Under the pieces are notes generated by a model that was given only the letters and a program-made list of their open reading frames with translations, was not told where the DNA came from and ran no database searches. The translations under genes and the position numbers were made by a program. From NCBI GenBank assembly GCA_052327205.1, contig CM126206.1:54684001-54748000 (forward strand): a stretch of 64,000 nt of DNA, in the 5' to 3' direction. Each line of letters opens with the position of its first letter. Position 1 is the stretch's first letter. Source of the stretch: Somniosus microcephalus (lineage: Eukaryota). Of the stretch, positions 11,981-24,893 are shown piece after piece.

Positions 11981-14500
11981 CCTTTATAATAGATTAAAAT
12001 CTGGAAAGTTCACAGATATCTCTTTTTGGCAATGATAACTGTACAAAAGAAACATTTTCCATTACCAAAGAGACCCATTTACGAACACTATATAAATCAC
12101 CTTTAAAATAATTTTTTACCCACTTACATTGCTAAATTCACAGATTTTTCCAGGTTAGTGGATCAGTAAAAAATTATTTCTACCCACTTCCAATCTGCAA
12201 AAAGAGTAAATCTCCGTAGTCTTAGTGGACCCATATGTTGTATGAAGATGAATATGCACAATGACATCACGAACGCAATGGATTTGCAGCCCAGGATCTG
12301 TCTTTCAGTGCCTGAATCTGAAAGGGAGCTAACTTAAGGTAAATTCTTTATGCACTTTGAGGAGTCTGAAAAAGAGTTTAAGTGCTGTCTCAGAGTCATA
12401 ACGGCACAGAAGGAGGCCATTCAGCCCATTGAGTCTGCGCCAGCTCTCTGTAGAGCAATCCAGTCAGTCCCATTCCCCTGCTCAAGCTCCGTAGCCCTGC
12501 AAGTTTATTTCCCTCAAGTACCTATCCAGTCTTCCCTTGAAAACATTGAGTGTCTCCGCTTCCACCACTTCTGTCGGCAGAGAGTTCCAGGTCCTCACCA
12601 CTTGCCGCATAAAAAAGCTTTCCCTCACATCCCCCCTGTATCTCTTGCCCAAAACCCCAAATCTGTGTCCCCTAGTCCTTGTACCATCATCTAGTGGGAA
12701 CAGCCTCTCCCCGTCTAGCCAATCCAAACCCGTCATAATCTTGTACATCTCTATCAAATCACCCCTCAACCTCCTTTGCTCTAATGAAAACAAATCCAGC
12801 TTCTCCAACCTGTCCTTGTAGCGAAGATCCCCCATCCCCAGAACCATGCTGGTAAATCTCCTCTGCACCCTCTCAAGGGCCTTCACATCCTTCCTAAAGT
12901 GTGGTGACCAGAACTGGACGCAAAACTCCAGTTGTGGCCTAACCAGCGCTTTATAAAGATTCAGCATAACTTCTCCACTTTTGTACTCAATACCTCTATT
13001 TATGAAGCCCAAGATCCCATATGCTTTGCTAACCACTCTCTCAATATGCCCTGCCACCTTCAGGGACCTATGCACATTAACTCCCAGGTCCCTCTGTCCC
13101 TGCACACACGGCACAGTTGAGGCTAGAGTATGTTGCCTCTCCCCGTTTCTTCTGCCAAAATGCATCACCTCACACTTCTCTATTAAATTCCATCTGCCAC
13201 TTGTCTGCCCATTCTGCTAGCCTTTCTATGTCCTGTTGCAGTCGATTGGTATCATCCTCACTGTTTGCCACACCCCCAAGTTTGGTGTCGTCGACAAATT
13301 TAGAAATTCTACTCTGTATTCCAATATCCAGGTCATTTATATATATCAAAAAAAGCAGTGGCCACAGCACTGACCCTTGGGGAACACCACTGTCTACCAT
13401 CCTCCAGTCTGAAAAACAGCCAGCCATTCACAACTTGCTGTTTTCTGTCCTTAAGCCAATTCCTTATCCAAACTACTACTGACCCACCTATTCCATGAGC
13501 CTCAATTTTGTTAACCAGCCTTCTGTGTGGTACCTTGTCAAACACCTTCCTGAAATCCATGTAGACAACATCCACTGCATTCCCTTCATCAATCCTCCCT
13601 GCTACTTCATCAAAAAATTCAATTAGATTAGTCAAACGCGATCTGCCTTTTACAAATCAGTGTTGGCTCTCCTTAATTAGCTTAAATCTCTCCAAGTGTC
13701 TGTTCATTTTTTCCTTGATTATTGCTTCTAAAACTTTACCCACCACTGATGTTAAACTGACTGGCCTGTAGTTACTCGGGTTGTCCTTGCACCCTTTCTT
13801 GAACAAGGGTGTCACATTTGTCACTTTCCAATCCTCAGGCACCTCCCCCACATCTAAGGAAGATTGGAAAATTATGGCAAGCCCTTCCACTATCTCCTCC
13901 CCCAATTTCCTTAGCAACCTGGGATGCAAGCCATCGAGATCAGGCGACTTATTCACGCTAAGCATACCCAGCCTTTCTTGTACAAATTGTCCATCAATTT
14001 TCACCCCTTCCATTGCTTCTACCTTTCCACTTCTACCGATATTTTGTCAGCATCCACCTCCTTAGTAAACACAGATACAAAGTACTCATTGAGTATTCAA
14101 GCCTTGCCCCGCACCTCTAAGCATATATATCCTTCTTTGTCCCTAATAGGCTCCACCCCGCCTCTTACTACCCGTTTACTGTTTACATACCGGTAGAAGA
14201 TTTTTGGGTTCCCTTTTATGTTAATTGCCATTCTACTCTCATATTCTCTCTTTGCCATCTTCACTTCCCCTCTCAACTTATTGAATTTGGTCTGGTTCTC
14301 CCTTGAAGAATTCACCCGACATGCATCATAAACCCTCTTTTTTTGTTTCATCATCTTCTCGTCATTCAAGGAACCCTTGCTTTGGTTCTCGTATCCTTCC
14401 CTCTTGTTGGAATGTACCTAGCCTGTACTTGGAACATCTCCTCCTTAAAGATCACCCATTGTTCCGTCACAGTTTTTCCTGTCAGTGTTTGGTTCCATTT

Positions 14501-15710
14501 TACATAAGAACATAAGTAGGAGCAGGACAAGGCCATACGGCCCCTCGGGCCTGCTCCGCCATTCAATAGGATCATGGCTGATCCGAACCTAGACTCACGT
14601 CCACTTCCCTGCTCGCTCCCCGTAACCCCTAATTCCCTTATCAGCTAGGAAACTGTCTATCTCCGTTTTAAATTTATTTAATGTTGCAGCTTCCACAGCT
14701 CTCTGAAGTAGCAAATTCCATAGATTTACTACCCTCTGAGTGAAGAAGTTTCTCCTCATCTCAGTTTTGAAAGGGCAGCCCCTTATTCTAAGATTATGCT
14801 CCCTAGTTCTAGTCTCACCCATCAGTGGAAACATCCTCCCCGCATCCACCCGATCAAGCCCCCTCACAATCTTATATGTTTCGATAAGATCGCCTCTCAT
14901 TCTTCTGAATTCCAATGAGTAGAGGCCCAACCTACTCAACCTTTCCTCATAAGTCAACCCCCTCATCTCTGGAATCAACCGAGTGAACCTTCTCTGAACT
15001 GCCTCGAGAGCAAGTATATCTTTTCTTAAATATAGAAACCAAAACTGTACGCAGTATTCCAGGTGTGGCCTCACCAGTACCCTGTATAACTGAAGCAAGA
15101 CTTCCCTGCTTTTATGCTCCATCCCCCTTGCAATAAAAGCCAAGATTCCATTAGCCTTCCTGATCACCTGCTGTACCTGCATACTAACCTTCTGTGTTTC
15201 ATGCACCAGGACCCCCAGATCCCTTTGTACTGTAGCACTTTGCAGTTTCTCTCCATTTAGATAATAACTTGCTCTTTGATTTTTTTCTGCCAAAGTGCAT
15301 AACCTCACACTTTCCAACATTATATTCCATCTGCCAAATTTCTGCCCACTCACTTAGCCTGTCTATGTCCTTTTGCAGGTTTTTTATGTCCTCCTCACTC
15401 ACTGCTTTCCCTCCCATCTTTGTATCGTCAGAAAACCTGGATATGTTGCACTTGGTCCCCTCCTCCAAATCGTTAATATAGATTGTAAAGAGTTGGGGTC
15501 CCAGCACTGACCCCTGCGGAACACCACTAGTTACTGATTGCCAACCCGAGAATGAACCATTTATCCCAACTCTCTGTTTTCTGTTAGATAACCAATCTTC
15601 CACCCATGCCAGTATATTACCCCCAATCCCGTGATTTTTTATCTTGTGCAGTAATCTTTTGTGTGGCACCTTGTCAAATGCCTTTTGGAAGTCCAAATAC
15701 ACCACATCCA
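14501..15710 (-). mobile_element. Younger 5'-truncated CR1 nested in the 12395-17825 CR1
   Basis: Host reads DLARV|KWNQTL across the insert; the insert runs from DVVYLDFQKAFDKV to its own 3' tail (cttatgttcttatg). Confidence 0.92.
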
Positions 15711-16228
15711 CCCTGGCTAGATCCTTCTGCATCCCACTGAAGTTAGCCCTATTCCAGTTTAGAAGTTCCACTCTAGATTGTTCCTTGCTCCTCTCCATTG
15801 CTAATCTAAATCTTATGATACGATGATCACTTGTACCAAAGTGTTCTGCCACAGACACTTGGTCGACCTGGCCCACCTCATTCTCCAGCACCAGATCCAG
15901 TAATGCCTCCTTCCAAGTTGGGCCAAGAACATACTGGTCAAGGAAATTCTCCTGAACACAGTTCAGAAATTCCTCCCCCTCCTTTCCCTTTACCCTAGCA
16001 TTATCCCAATTGATATTTGGGTAATTAAAGTCCCCCAATATCATCACTATAGCTCTTGCATATCTCTGCAAGTTCCCTGCAGATTTGCTCCTCTACTTCC
16101 CTCTCACTATTTGGAGGCTTATAGAATACCCCCAATAGCGTGATCATACCCTTTTTGCTCCTCAACTCTAACCAAATGGATTCTGTCCTTGTCCCCTCAA
16201 GAACATCCTCCCTTTCCAAAACTACAAT

Positions 16229-16419
16229 TGTAAGAAATCTGGTGGTTATAGTCCAACAGCTTTATTTGAAATCACAAGCTTTCGGAGCGCTGCTCCTTCA
16301 CCTGACGAAGGAGCAGCGCTCCGAAAGCTTGTGATTTCAAATAAAGCTGTTGGACTATAACCTGGTGTTGTGTGATTTCTTACATTTGTCCACCCCAGTC
16401 CAACACCGGCATCTCCACA
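16229..16419 (+). mobile_element. Penelope-derived palindromic insert with hammerhead ribozyme motif
   Basis: 13-bp TSD CCAAAACTACAAT (16216-16228, 16420-16432); perfect 56-bp inverted arms 16244-16299/16307-16362; CAC-CTGACGA-AGGAGCAGCGCTCC-GAAA-GCTT-GTG. Confidence 0.85.
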
Positions 16420-18348
16420 CCAAAACTACAATGTTTTCCTTAATCAGCACTGCCACCCCACCTCCCTTTTTTCCTTCCCTATCTTTTCTGAACACCTTTT
16501 ACCCTTGAATATTAAGTGCCCAGTCCTCACCGTTTTTTTTGTCACGTTTCGGTTATTGCCACAACATCATATTCCCACATGGCTAATTGTGCTTGTAACT
16601 CACCAACCTTATTCACCACACTTGGAGCAGGCTCGAGGGGCCGAATGGCCTACTCCTGCTCCTATCTTCTACGTTTACGTACATGCATTCTAAACCCATT
16701 TTTGAATTTTTCGTAGTCTTTCTCAGTCTGCTCCTATCTAATGTGGTACTATTTCCGCCTCAAGTATCACTTTCTTCTCTAGTACTATCCAACACACTCA
16801 ATTTTATGCACCTTATTCCTCTTTTCTATTCCTATATGCTGGTGCCCATCCCCCTGCCAAGCTAGTTTAAACCCTCCCCAATAGCACTAGCAAACCTCCC
16901 CGCGAGAATATTGGTCCCGGCTCTGTTGAGTTGTTAACCGTCCGGCTTGTACAGGTCCCCACCACCTTCCCCAGAAATGGTTCCAATGCCTCAGGAATTT
17001 AAAGCCCTCCCTCCGGCACCATCTCTCCAGCCACGCTTTCATCTGTTCTATCCTCTTATTCCTGTACTCACTAGCACGTGGCACCAGGAGTAATCTGGAG
17101 ATTACTACCTTTGAGGTCCTGCTTTTTAATCTCTCTCCTAGCTCTCTCTCCTAGCTCCCTAAACAACCTGCAGGACCTCATCACTCTTTCTGCCTATGTC
17201 GTTGGTACGACCTCTGGCTGTTCACCCACCCCCCTCAATGTCCTGCAGCCACTCAGTGACATCCTTGACCCTGGCACCAGGGAGGCAACATACCATCCTG
17301 GAGTCACATCTGTGGCTGCAGAAACGCCTGTCTGCTCCCCTAACTATCAAATCTCCTACCTCTATTTCTCTTCCACTCTTTTTCCTCCCCCCTTGTGCAG
17401 CTGAGTCACCCATGGTGCCGTGGACTTGTCTCTGGCTGCACTCCCCAGAGAAACCATTGCCTCTACCAGTACTCAGAACAGAATACTGGTTGGAGAGCGA
17501 GATGCACTCCAGGAACTCCTACATTACCTGCCTGGTCTGCCCAGTCTATCTGGCGGTACCCATTCCCTCTCTGCCTGCACACTTTTCATCTGCGGGGTGG
17601 TCACCTCTAGAAACATGCTATCCACGAAGTTCTCAGCCTCGCAGATGCACCGCAGTGACTCCAGCTGCTGCTCAAGCTCCGAAACCCGGAGCTCGAGCTG
17701 CTGTAGCTGGCGACACTCCCTGCACATGTGGTTGTCCAGGCTACACGAAGTGTCCAGGACTTTCCACATGGCACAGGATGTGCACTCCACGGGACTGAGC
17801 TGCCCTGCCATGCCTCTAGTTATTAGATTAATTAACTAAAGTTTTTAGTTTACTCCTCTACCCTTAGTTAAAGACTATTGCCTATTGTCTCATGCCCATC
17901 ACACCTGACCTGCGATCCCAAAAGGAAAATGCAAATGGTATTCAGATACATTGTGACAAAATTTAATAGACTCGCACACATAAGAGACAAAATTCTGAAT
18001 ACTGGTTACCCAAGCGTTTGTTTGAAGTACTCCCATGATCAATATTGAAGGGTGTCAATTAAGCAACGCGAGTATTTATGGTTTGTAATGGAGATGGAAC
18101 GAAAAAAATGAAAATGTGCATCAAGTTGTAAATTAAAAGTTTTTATACTTTTGACACTCTAAAGTGTGACATACAAGTGCTAGTCCCAAGACATTTTATA
18201 TATACTAATTGACCTGCCATGGCATTGTACCATGGCTAAAATTTTCACTCACGCGCCGGCAGCGAGGGAGCCCTGGAGAAGGTGGAGAACCCGGAAGTTT
18301 CAGCAGCGCATGTCATTGGCTTTTTAATTTGCATCCGACTTTCAGGTT

Positions 18349-18565
18349 TCATAGAAACATAGAAACTAGGAGCAGGAGTAGGCCATTCGGCCCTTCGAGC
18401 CTGCTCCGCCATTCAACGAGATCATGGCTGATCATTCAAACCCTAGCACCCGGTCCCTACACCGACAGCCATCCCACCCAAGCCCTATCCCCACAACCCC
18501 ACATATTTAATCCCCCCTAACACTAAGGGCCAATTTTTTATCATGGCCAATCAACCTAACCCGAC
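18349..18565 (-). mobile_element. CR1 3' tail fragment followed by a V-SINE/HE1-like fragment
   Basis: catagaaacatagaaactaggagcaggagtaggccattcgg, then cccctaacactaagggccaat...catggccaatcaacctaacc. Confidence 0.7.
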
Positions 18566-18571
18566 CAATTA

Positions 18572-18887
18572 CAGGAAACTTTGTGCTATCCGGCACCGAG
18601 CTGTTGCCGTCCCATCAAAACTGCCGGACAAACCAGCGCTAATGTTGAAACATACGGAGATTTTGAGCTCTGTATCTGGCAACATACCCTACAGCTTCTA
18701 AACAGTCGGCCGTACCTTGCAAGCGTCTCTGTAGCTTAGCAACAGCTTCAGCGAGACCTTGCAGAGCCTGACTGGTTAAAAAAAAAAAGCAGCGAAAAGA
18801 AAAAAAACCTAACGAAACGGCTCCTGATTTTTGCCGGTGGCTCGAGCATTCCGGACAGTTAACCTCCGGATAAACCAAAGTTTCCTG
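18572..18887. mobile_element. Tc1/mariner (Tigger-like) MITE, copy 1
   Basis: TA|CAGGAAACTTTG ... CAAAGTTTCCTG|TA; closely similar to 43823-44143. Confidence 0.92.
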
Positions 18888-19031
18888 TAACGAGAGCGGG
18901 CGTGATGACGTCACGCATGGGTCTATTTCAGCGGAGGTATTTGAAGGAACACTGCAAAGATGACTGCTGAAGGTTTGTGGAGGTGGGAGAAAGATTGATT
19001 TCAGATAAAAATGGATTCTCAATGTTCCAAA

Positions 19032-19249
19032 GCTGCCCCTCGCTTTAGTGATGCCTCCCTGGACCTCATGCTGTGAGGTGTTAGGGCCCACAGGGAGATT
19101 TTATTCCCTTCTGACAGGAGGAAGAGCCAGTCTCAATTACAAAGAAGGCATGGCTGGAGATAGCAGAGGAGGTGAGCAGCAGGGGTATGGTGGCACACTC
19201 CTGGATACAATGCAGGAGGAGATTTAATGACCTCATGAGGGGAGGAAAG
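19032..19249 (+). pseudogene. Harbinger Myb/SANT-like DNA-binding gene remnant
   Basis: AAPRFSDASLDLML*GVRAHREILFPSDRRK /frameshift/ KKAWLEIAEEVSSRGMVAHSWIQCRRRFNDLMRGGK|GT; one stop and one frameshift. Confidence 0.8.
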
Positions 19250-19361
19250 GTGAATACAATGCCACATTCAACTACATCCTGATGTGTGCGTCACCCCAAC
19301 CCCCTGACTCTGCCTTCCCAAGCCTACTCCTGCACATCACTCCTCACACCAACCTACCATG

Positions 19362-19641
19362 TGATATGCCTATCAATTAGTCCAATAAAAGGCGACGAGT
19401 TAAGAACGTAACTGAAGGTTTTTATTGGCTAAATAACAGAGCCCACCCTCGTGGGTGATCCGATCCAACAGGGAGGAATACTAGCCAGTCAGCTACCTTT
19501 ATACCTGGGCAGGTAATGGGCGGAGTCGGAGGTGGTCAGCCCAGGTATAACAGTGCGACAAGAGGCGACCTCGTGTAGTGATGTGACAGTGAGAACAGTG
19601 AGAACAATATACAGTGATAACTATAACAGTGGTTTACCACA
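19362..19641 (-). mobile_element. Solo LTR (280 bp)
   Basis: TG...CA termini, 5-bp TSD CCATG (19357-19361, 19642-19646), TATAAA then AATAAA on the minus strand. Confidence 0.88.
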
Positions 19642-22024
19642 CCATGCAGGTGCACCCATCCCTCACTGTCTAGGAGGGTGCACCGTCACGGGATGCATGC
19701 ACACCTTGCACCAGCGCAGATACACACACGTCGGTGGGACCATCAAGTGAGATAGTTGTGTTGTCACCTGGTGTCTCACAGATCAGGTGAGCAAGAGCAG
19801 ATGGTGGAGACAGGGACAGCAGTGGAGAGTCTTCATTGGAGTGCGCAGGACACTCCCAAGTTCTGCTCAGCTGAACGAAGATGCTGAACCATGGGAGCCA
19901 TCGACAAAGAGGTTGATTCTGGAGGAGCAGCAAAAATGCGTGAGGCTCTAGCAGGATTTCCAAGCATGATGTGCACACTTGGAGAGAATGGAGGAGTCCA
20001 TCTCAAGCATGACTGGCATGATGTAGCAGGCCTTAGCTATGACACGTTCGTCCATGGAAAGGGTGGCCACCTGCCTGGAGCATCAAATGCAGCAGTCAAA
20101 CGAGTGGATGCTTGCCCTCACCAACAGCTTGCACACTCTAAATGCCACCTTAACTAGGATGGATCAAAACCTAGCCTTGGCAGTTCATCGCCTCACAGAT
20201 GTGCAGCAAAGTGCTCTCCAGCTCATTGCTAGCAGGGAAGTGTGGGTGGGCCATGAGAAGGATGATGGCAAAAGGGGACAGAGAAGTGGGGACTCTGCTC
20301 AAAGCGCTTCCACTTCTTACCCGTTGGCCCCCCGCATCAGTGCCCCAGATGCTGCCTCCTGTTCCGATGGCCGAGTCTGCCCGTGCACAGATGCAGGTGG
20401 AGCAGTCTCTGGCGGAGCCCTCACGGGCTCCAAAACTCAGAGGATGTCGGCCAAGAGCATCTGAGCAGTCAGAGCAGCGAGGTGAGCATCCTGCCTCGAC
20501 CTCTGCTGAAGCCACAGAGGTTGCATGTCGTAGGAGTTATAGGAAAAGATAGGCACAAGGGGTAGGCACATTGGTGTTTTAGACATGTCACAAGTTACTA
20601 TAAGTTTTGATGCACATATAAAATTATTTCTTTGCACCACTTTCCAGTATTGCCTATTTTTGCCTGCAACCTGCCAACTAGCCTTCTCAGCTCTGATGAA
20701 TGGTAGGTCAAGACTTAAATCTGAGCAATGGGCGTCAGTGAAAGGGATGCTTTGTTGATTGTATAACTGCTTTGTGTTGCGGGGGGGGGGTGGTGCAAGT
20801 GTGTTCAGCATGCATGTGGCTGCCAGATGGGTACAGTGGTGCAACGTAACTAAATGTTGCCATGATGAGTCCATCCTGGGCATCACAGGCAGCAATGTGC
20901 GCTGCTGCTGGTGCTCATCTGAAATCCAAGGTGAAACAGCATAAGCGGGACCCATGCTGATCTGATATGACAGATTGAAAGTGGAGGTCACGTTCGCTCC
21001 AAAGTAGTGAGAGTGACCTCTAATATAGTGTAAGTCACCTCCAAAGTAGTAGAAATCACCTCCAAAGGAGTGAAAGCAAACTCTCAGAATACATGCTGTG
21101 AGTTTTCAGAGATATCACAAGCACCACCTAAAACAACAGATATCAGTATACAAAAACAAATTCAAAGATCAATAGTAGAGCAAGAAAATTACATGAATGC
21201 ACTTGATTTCTGGCATGAATTTGGCACTGGTGTCTCTCCCTGCTGATGTTCAGGAGGTAGAAGTGCAACTGCTGAGCAGTATGGGTGCTGAGGTTGAGGG
21301 AAATGGATGTTGGCTAATGCTCTAGATCAGCAGATGGGTGTGGACTAAGGATCCAGGTCAGCACAGTGTGCAGGTCGACCAGATGGATTTGCCCTGAGAT
21401 TGCAGCATGTTAGTGAGTGGAAGCCCATGGTGCATATAAGGGAACAGAAGGAGAGTTGGCCTATGAATTTTGGCTTAGGCTCTAGGTCACAGGAATGAGG
21501 GGTGTTAAATCAGCAGGACTGCGATTGGAGTCAGAATGTAAGAGTAGTGGGAGTGTGTTCTGGGTTTCTGAGAGCTGGGCGGGGGTGGGGGGGGCGCAGG
21601 CAAGATTATGTTCTGGAAACATTGGGGTGCCCAAGCAGAGCATTATTGAATGAGGGCATGGATGTATTGAGCAGAAGGGATGCTGATTGCATGTTTGTTG
21701 GTGCTGTATTGGCACCAGTGAGACTTGCTCTACATACATTCAGAGAGCCCAAAAGTGGCCAACCCTCCCTGAGCCCCAGCATGGAGTTGGGAACAATCTG
21801 TTTTTAAAGCCTCTCTGCGACCACCAGATTGTCTCCTGATGCCTTCTTGGTCTTAAGGAAGGAATCGGCTTTAAGTTGCTTAAAGCACTTATGGCACTTT
21901 TACTCTTCAGTCGGTGGGCAACCCACAATGAAGATACAGTTTTAAAAATAGAAGCACTATTCCCCATAGGCCAACAACTGACACCGGAATCATACCCTGC
22001 CTAAAGCTGCCTCAAACTAGAATA

Positions 22025-22552
22025 AAAACTTGCATTTATATGGTGCCTTTCATGTATGAAAATGTCCCAAGGCACGTCACAGGAGTGTAATAAGATAACA
22101 ATTGACACCGAGCTAAAGAAGGAAATATTAGGATAGGTGACTAAAAGCATGCTCAAAGCAATGTGTTTTAGACAGAGACAGAGAGCTTTATGGAGGGAAT
22201 TCCTGAGCTTAGGGCCAAGACGGCTGAAGGCACGGGCGCCAAAAGTGGGACTTAGGGACTTGGGGATACTCAAGAGTCCAGAGTTGGAGGAACACAGAGT
22301 TCTCGTCAGGCAGGAGGAGGTTACAGACATAGGGAGGAGCGAAGGCATGCAGGGATTTGAACACAAGGAAGGAGAATTTTAAAATTGAGGCAATGGTGGA
22401 CCGGGAGTCAATGTAGGTCAGCAACCACAGGAGTGATGGGTAAGTAGGACTTAGTGCACATTAGAATACAGGCAAGATAAGCTCAAGTTTATGGAATGTG
22501 AAAGATGAGAGGCCGGCCAGGAGAGCATTGGAATAGTCAAGTTTGGAGATAA
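22025..22552 (-). mobile_element. L2 LINE 3' fragment
   Basis: FKILxLVFKSLH..APPY..NLL and GARAFS..GPKL.NSL motifs; aacttgcatttata tail. Confidence 0.85.
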
Positions 22553-22568
22553 CTATTTTAAAATTAAT

Positions 22569-23234
22569 GACCCAGAAATTCGGGTCGGGGGCTTCCCGCA
22601 GGTGCAAGCCCCCGACCTGCACTTAGCTAGCACGCCGGCCGTTGAGCTGTGGGCCCACGTGGGATTCCGGTCCTGGGCCTCCTCCAACTGCCGGTGCACA
22701 GTGCTTGCGTATCCCAGGGGCGCAGTTAGTTCGATGCGTCCCCTGGGATCATGTGGGCCATGGGGAGCCAATCGGAGCAGGGAATGCTCTATTCATAAGT
22801 TTGACAGGAAGAGCTGTCAAACCTATAAATCCTATAAGCCCCAAAACATCACTAAAACCTCAAATAAATTTAAAAAAACATCACATTTTTAAAATAACTA
22901 TAAATTACATGAAATAACTATTTTAAACAATAATTTAATTTTTTTTAAAAATTATTTACATTTTCTAACAGGGCTGAAAAATAAACTTACCTTTCTTTAA
23001 AGTATTTAAAAATAATAAACCTGTGGAAAAAATGTTTTAATTTTAATTAATTCACCACTTACCTTGTTAAAAGCAGGCCTTGCACGCGTTCCACCTGTCA
23101 ACCCCTTCTTTCAGGGGACCGGTAGTGCTGGTTTCCCACGCATGCGCAGTGCATGCACAAAACCAGCACTTTCGTTGGGCCTACGCGTGAGTACCCCGTG
23201 CGTAATCACGCGTTGGGACCCAAATTTCTGGGCC
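22569..23234. mobile_element. PIF/Harbinger-type MITE
   Basis: TIRs GACCCAGAAATT / AATTTCTGGGCC (1 mismatch), 3-bp TSD AAT, AT-rich centre. Confidence 0.88.
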
Positions 23235-23759
23235 AATGTATTGTTTTTGTGAATACTGTACTTGGTTATTTAATGATCATTTCAAATCTACAGTGCAAAA
23301 ATTGCAAGGCTGTTCTGCTGGCACCAGAGGATGCAGAAATGGAGCTGCAACATTTTAGCTCCATCTTCACTCTTTATTTGTGTCTAGTGAGACTCCGTGC
23401 CAGCAGCAAAGACTTGTAATTTCTGCCCTACAGTACTCCCAATAAGTAGAAATCTTTTTTGTGCTTACAAAGGGAACTATTCAATATTTTAAATTAAACA
23501 ACCTAAGTAACACAGTGAAATTTAGTGCTAAAAATTGAATCATCGGACAACTGAATTAAGAAAGGTAGACCGGACATTTCTTGGTAATTGTTTTTTTTTT
23601 TTACATACACTGTAGATCCCATTATGAGTAGGATATTAAAACGATGGAAAAGTACAACAATGCTTGACTAGAATACCAGAAATGAGAAATTATTATAAAG
23701 ACAACAAAAAATTAGGTCTTTTTCATTGGAATAGAAGTTAAGAGGGTATCTAATAAACC

Positions 23760-24730
23760 TGAACATCTTGAAGATCATCGTTAACCATAAGCTTAACTGG
23801 ACCAGCCATATCAACACTGTGGCTACAAGTGCAAGGCAGAGGCTGAGCACTCTATAACAAGTGGCTTACCTCTTGACCCCTCAAAGCCTCTCTAACATCT
23901 AACAAAACTGATGGAATACTCACGACTTGCCACCGAAACACTCAAGAAGCTTGACATAATTCAGGACAGAGCACTTTGCTTGATCAGCACACCTGCCGTT
24001 TAACCAAGTATCCATGCCCTCCGTCACCGATGCACTGTAACTGCAGCATGTACAATCTACAGGATCCACTGCAAGAACTCAGCAAGGTTACTCTGACAGC
24101 ACCTCCCTCCCCTGCAAGCTGTACAACCGAGAAAGACAAGGTGTGGACAAGAGCAGCAATATCATGGGAATACCATCACCACCAAATTTACCTCCAAGTC
24201 ACACACCATCTTGACTTGGACACATTGCCATTCCTCCATCATCGCTCAAATTCCCTTCCTTGCCCCATTATTGGATCACCGTCATCACAAAGACTGACGT
24301 GGTACAAGGAGAAGCCCCACTATCAGCTTCTCAGGGACAATTAAGGATGGGCAATAAATGCAGTCCTGCCAGTGTAGCCCATAATTCAAGAACAAATAAA
24401 CTAAAAATTATGGAAGGTTTTGAAAGAGCAAAGAGTGAAAGATTGTTTCCATTGGTTGGCACATCCGTGATGAGGGCCATAAACTAAGGATCGTTAGATC
24501 TAGAAAAAGCAAGACTTTTTTTCACACACACTGTTATTAGAACATCGACTGCTTTATCACAAATGACTATTGAGGAAGAGAAAATAGCACCATTTAAAAT
24601 AGAATTGGGTAAATATTTGAAAAATATAAAAGTATGTGGCGAAGAGCAGAAAAATTGAATTTCCAGTCGAGTAGCACTGGAACGAGCACTTTGGCCAAAA
24701 GACCTCCTTTCTATACTGCAATTTTTATGA
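23760..24730 (+). mobile_element. Old LINE 3' fragment followed by a degenerate CR1 3' fragment
   Basis: 23760-24390 matches the family ending ggatgggcaataaatgc; 24410-24730 has RLFPLVG.S and a CR1-like tail. Confidence 0.7.
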
Positions 24731-24742
24731 TTTTAAAATTTA

Positions 24743-24893
24743 TCACGTCAAACAAAATTTGGCACCAATACCATAGCAACACATAAAATAAAAAGTTTTG
24801 TGATTTCACTCTGACGTCAATAAGCTTCTCCTTTTCTACTTAACATTTACATTTTCCTGCCGACACCACATTCCAGGAAATCTAATGGCGTCA
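24743..24893. promoter_or_regulatory. CRE/STAT/RUNX motif cluster in the first ICER intron
   Basis: TCACGTCA 24743-24750, perfect TGACGTCA 24812-24819, ACCACA 24865-24870, TTCCAGGAA 24871-24879, TGGCGTCA 24886-24893, in non-repetitive AT-rich DNA. Confidence 0.55.

Larger units (their letters stand above)
12395..17825 (-). mobile_element. Near full-length degenerate CR1 LINE (ORF1 zinc-finger/esterase + ORF2 EN/RT) with three nested inserts
   Basis: ORF1 remnants 17524-17811 (CTSCAMW..CREC), 17222-17413 (GD.IVRG, CLPGARVKD); EN GDFNYP; RT pieces 12482-14369. Confidence 0.93.
18232..21400 (+). mobile_element. Degenerate Harbinger transposon with several nested inserts (right end uncertain)
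   Basis: GGCTAAAATTTTC terminus-like start; Myb/SANT remnant at 19032-19249; further coding-like remnants at about 19740-20550. Confidence 0.6.

Noticed and set aside
15199-16071. 290-aa EN-RT fusion ORF as a novel compact retroelement
   Set aside because: Chance in-frame junction from one CR1 inserted in another; the host resumes at 14500.
19032-20552. Domesticated NAIF1/MSANTD-like host gene
   Set aside because: In-frame stop, frameshift and LTR insertion indicate a decayed Harbinger gene.
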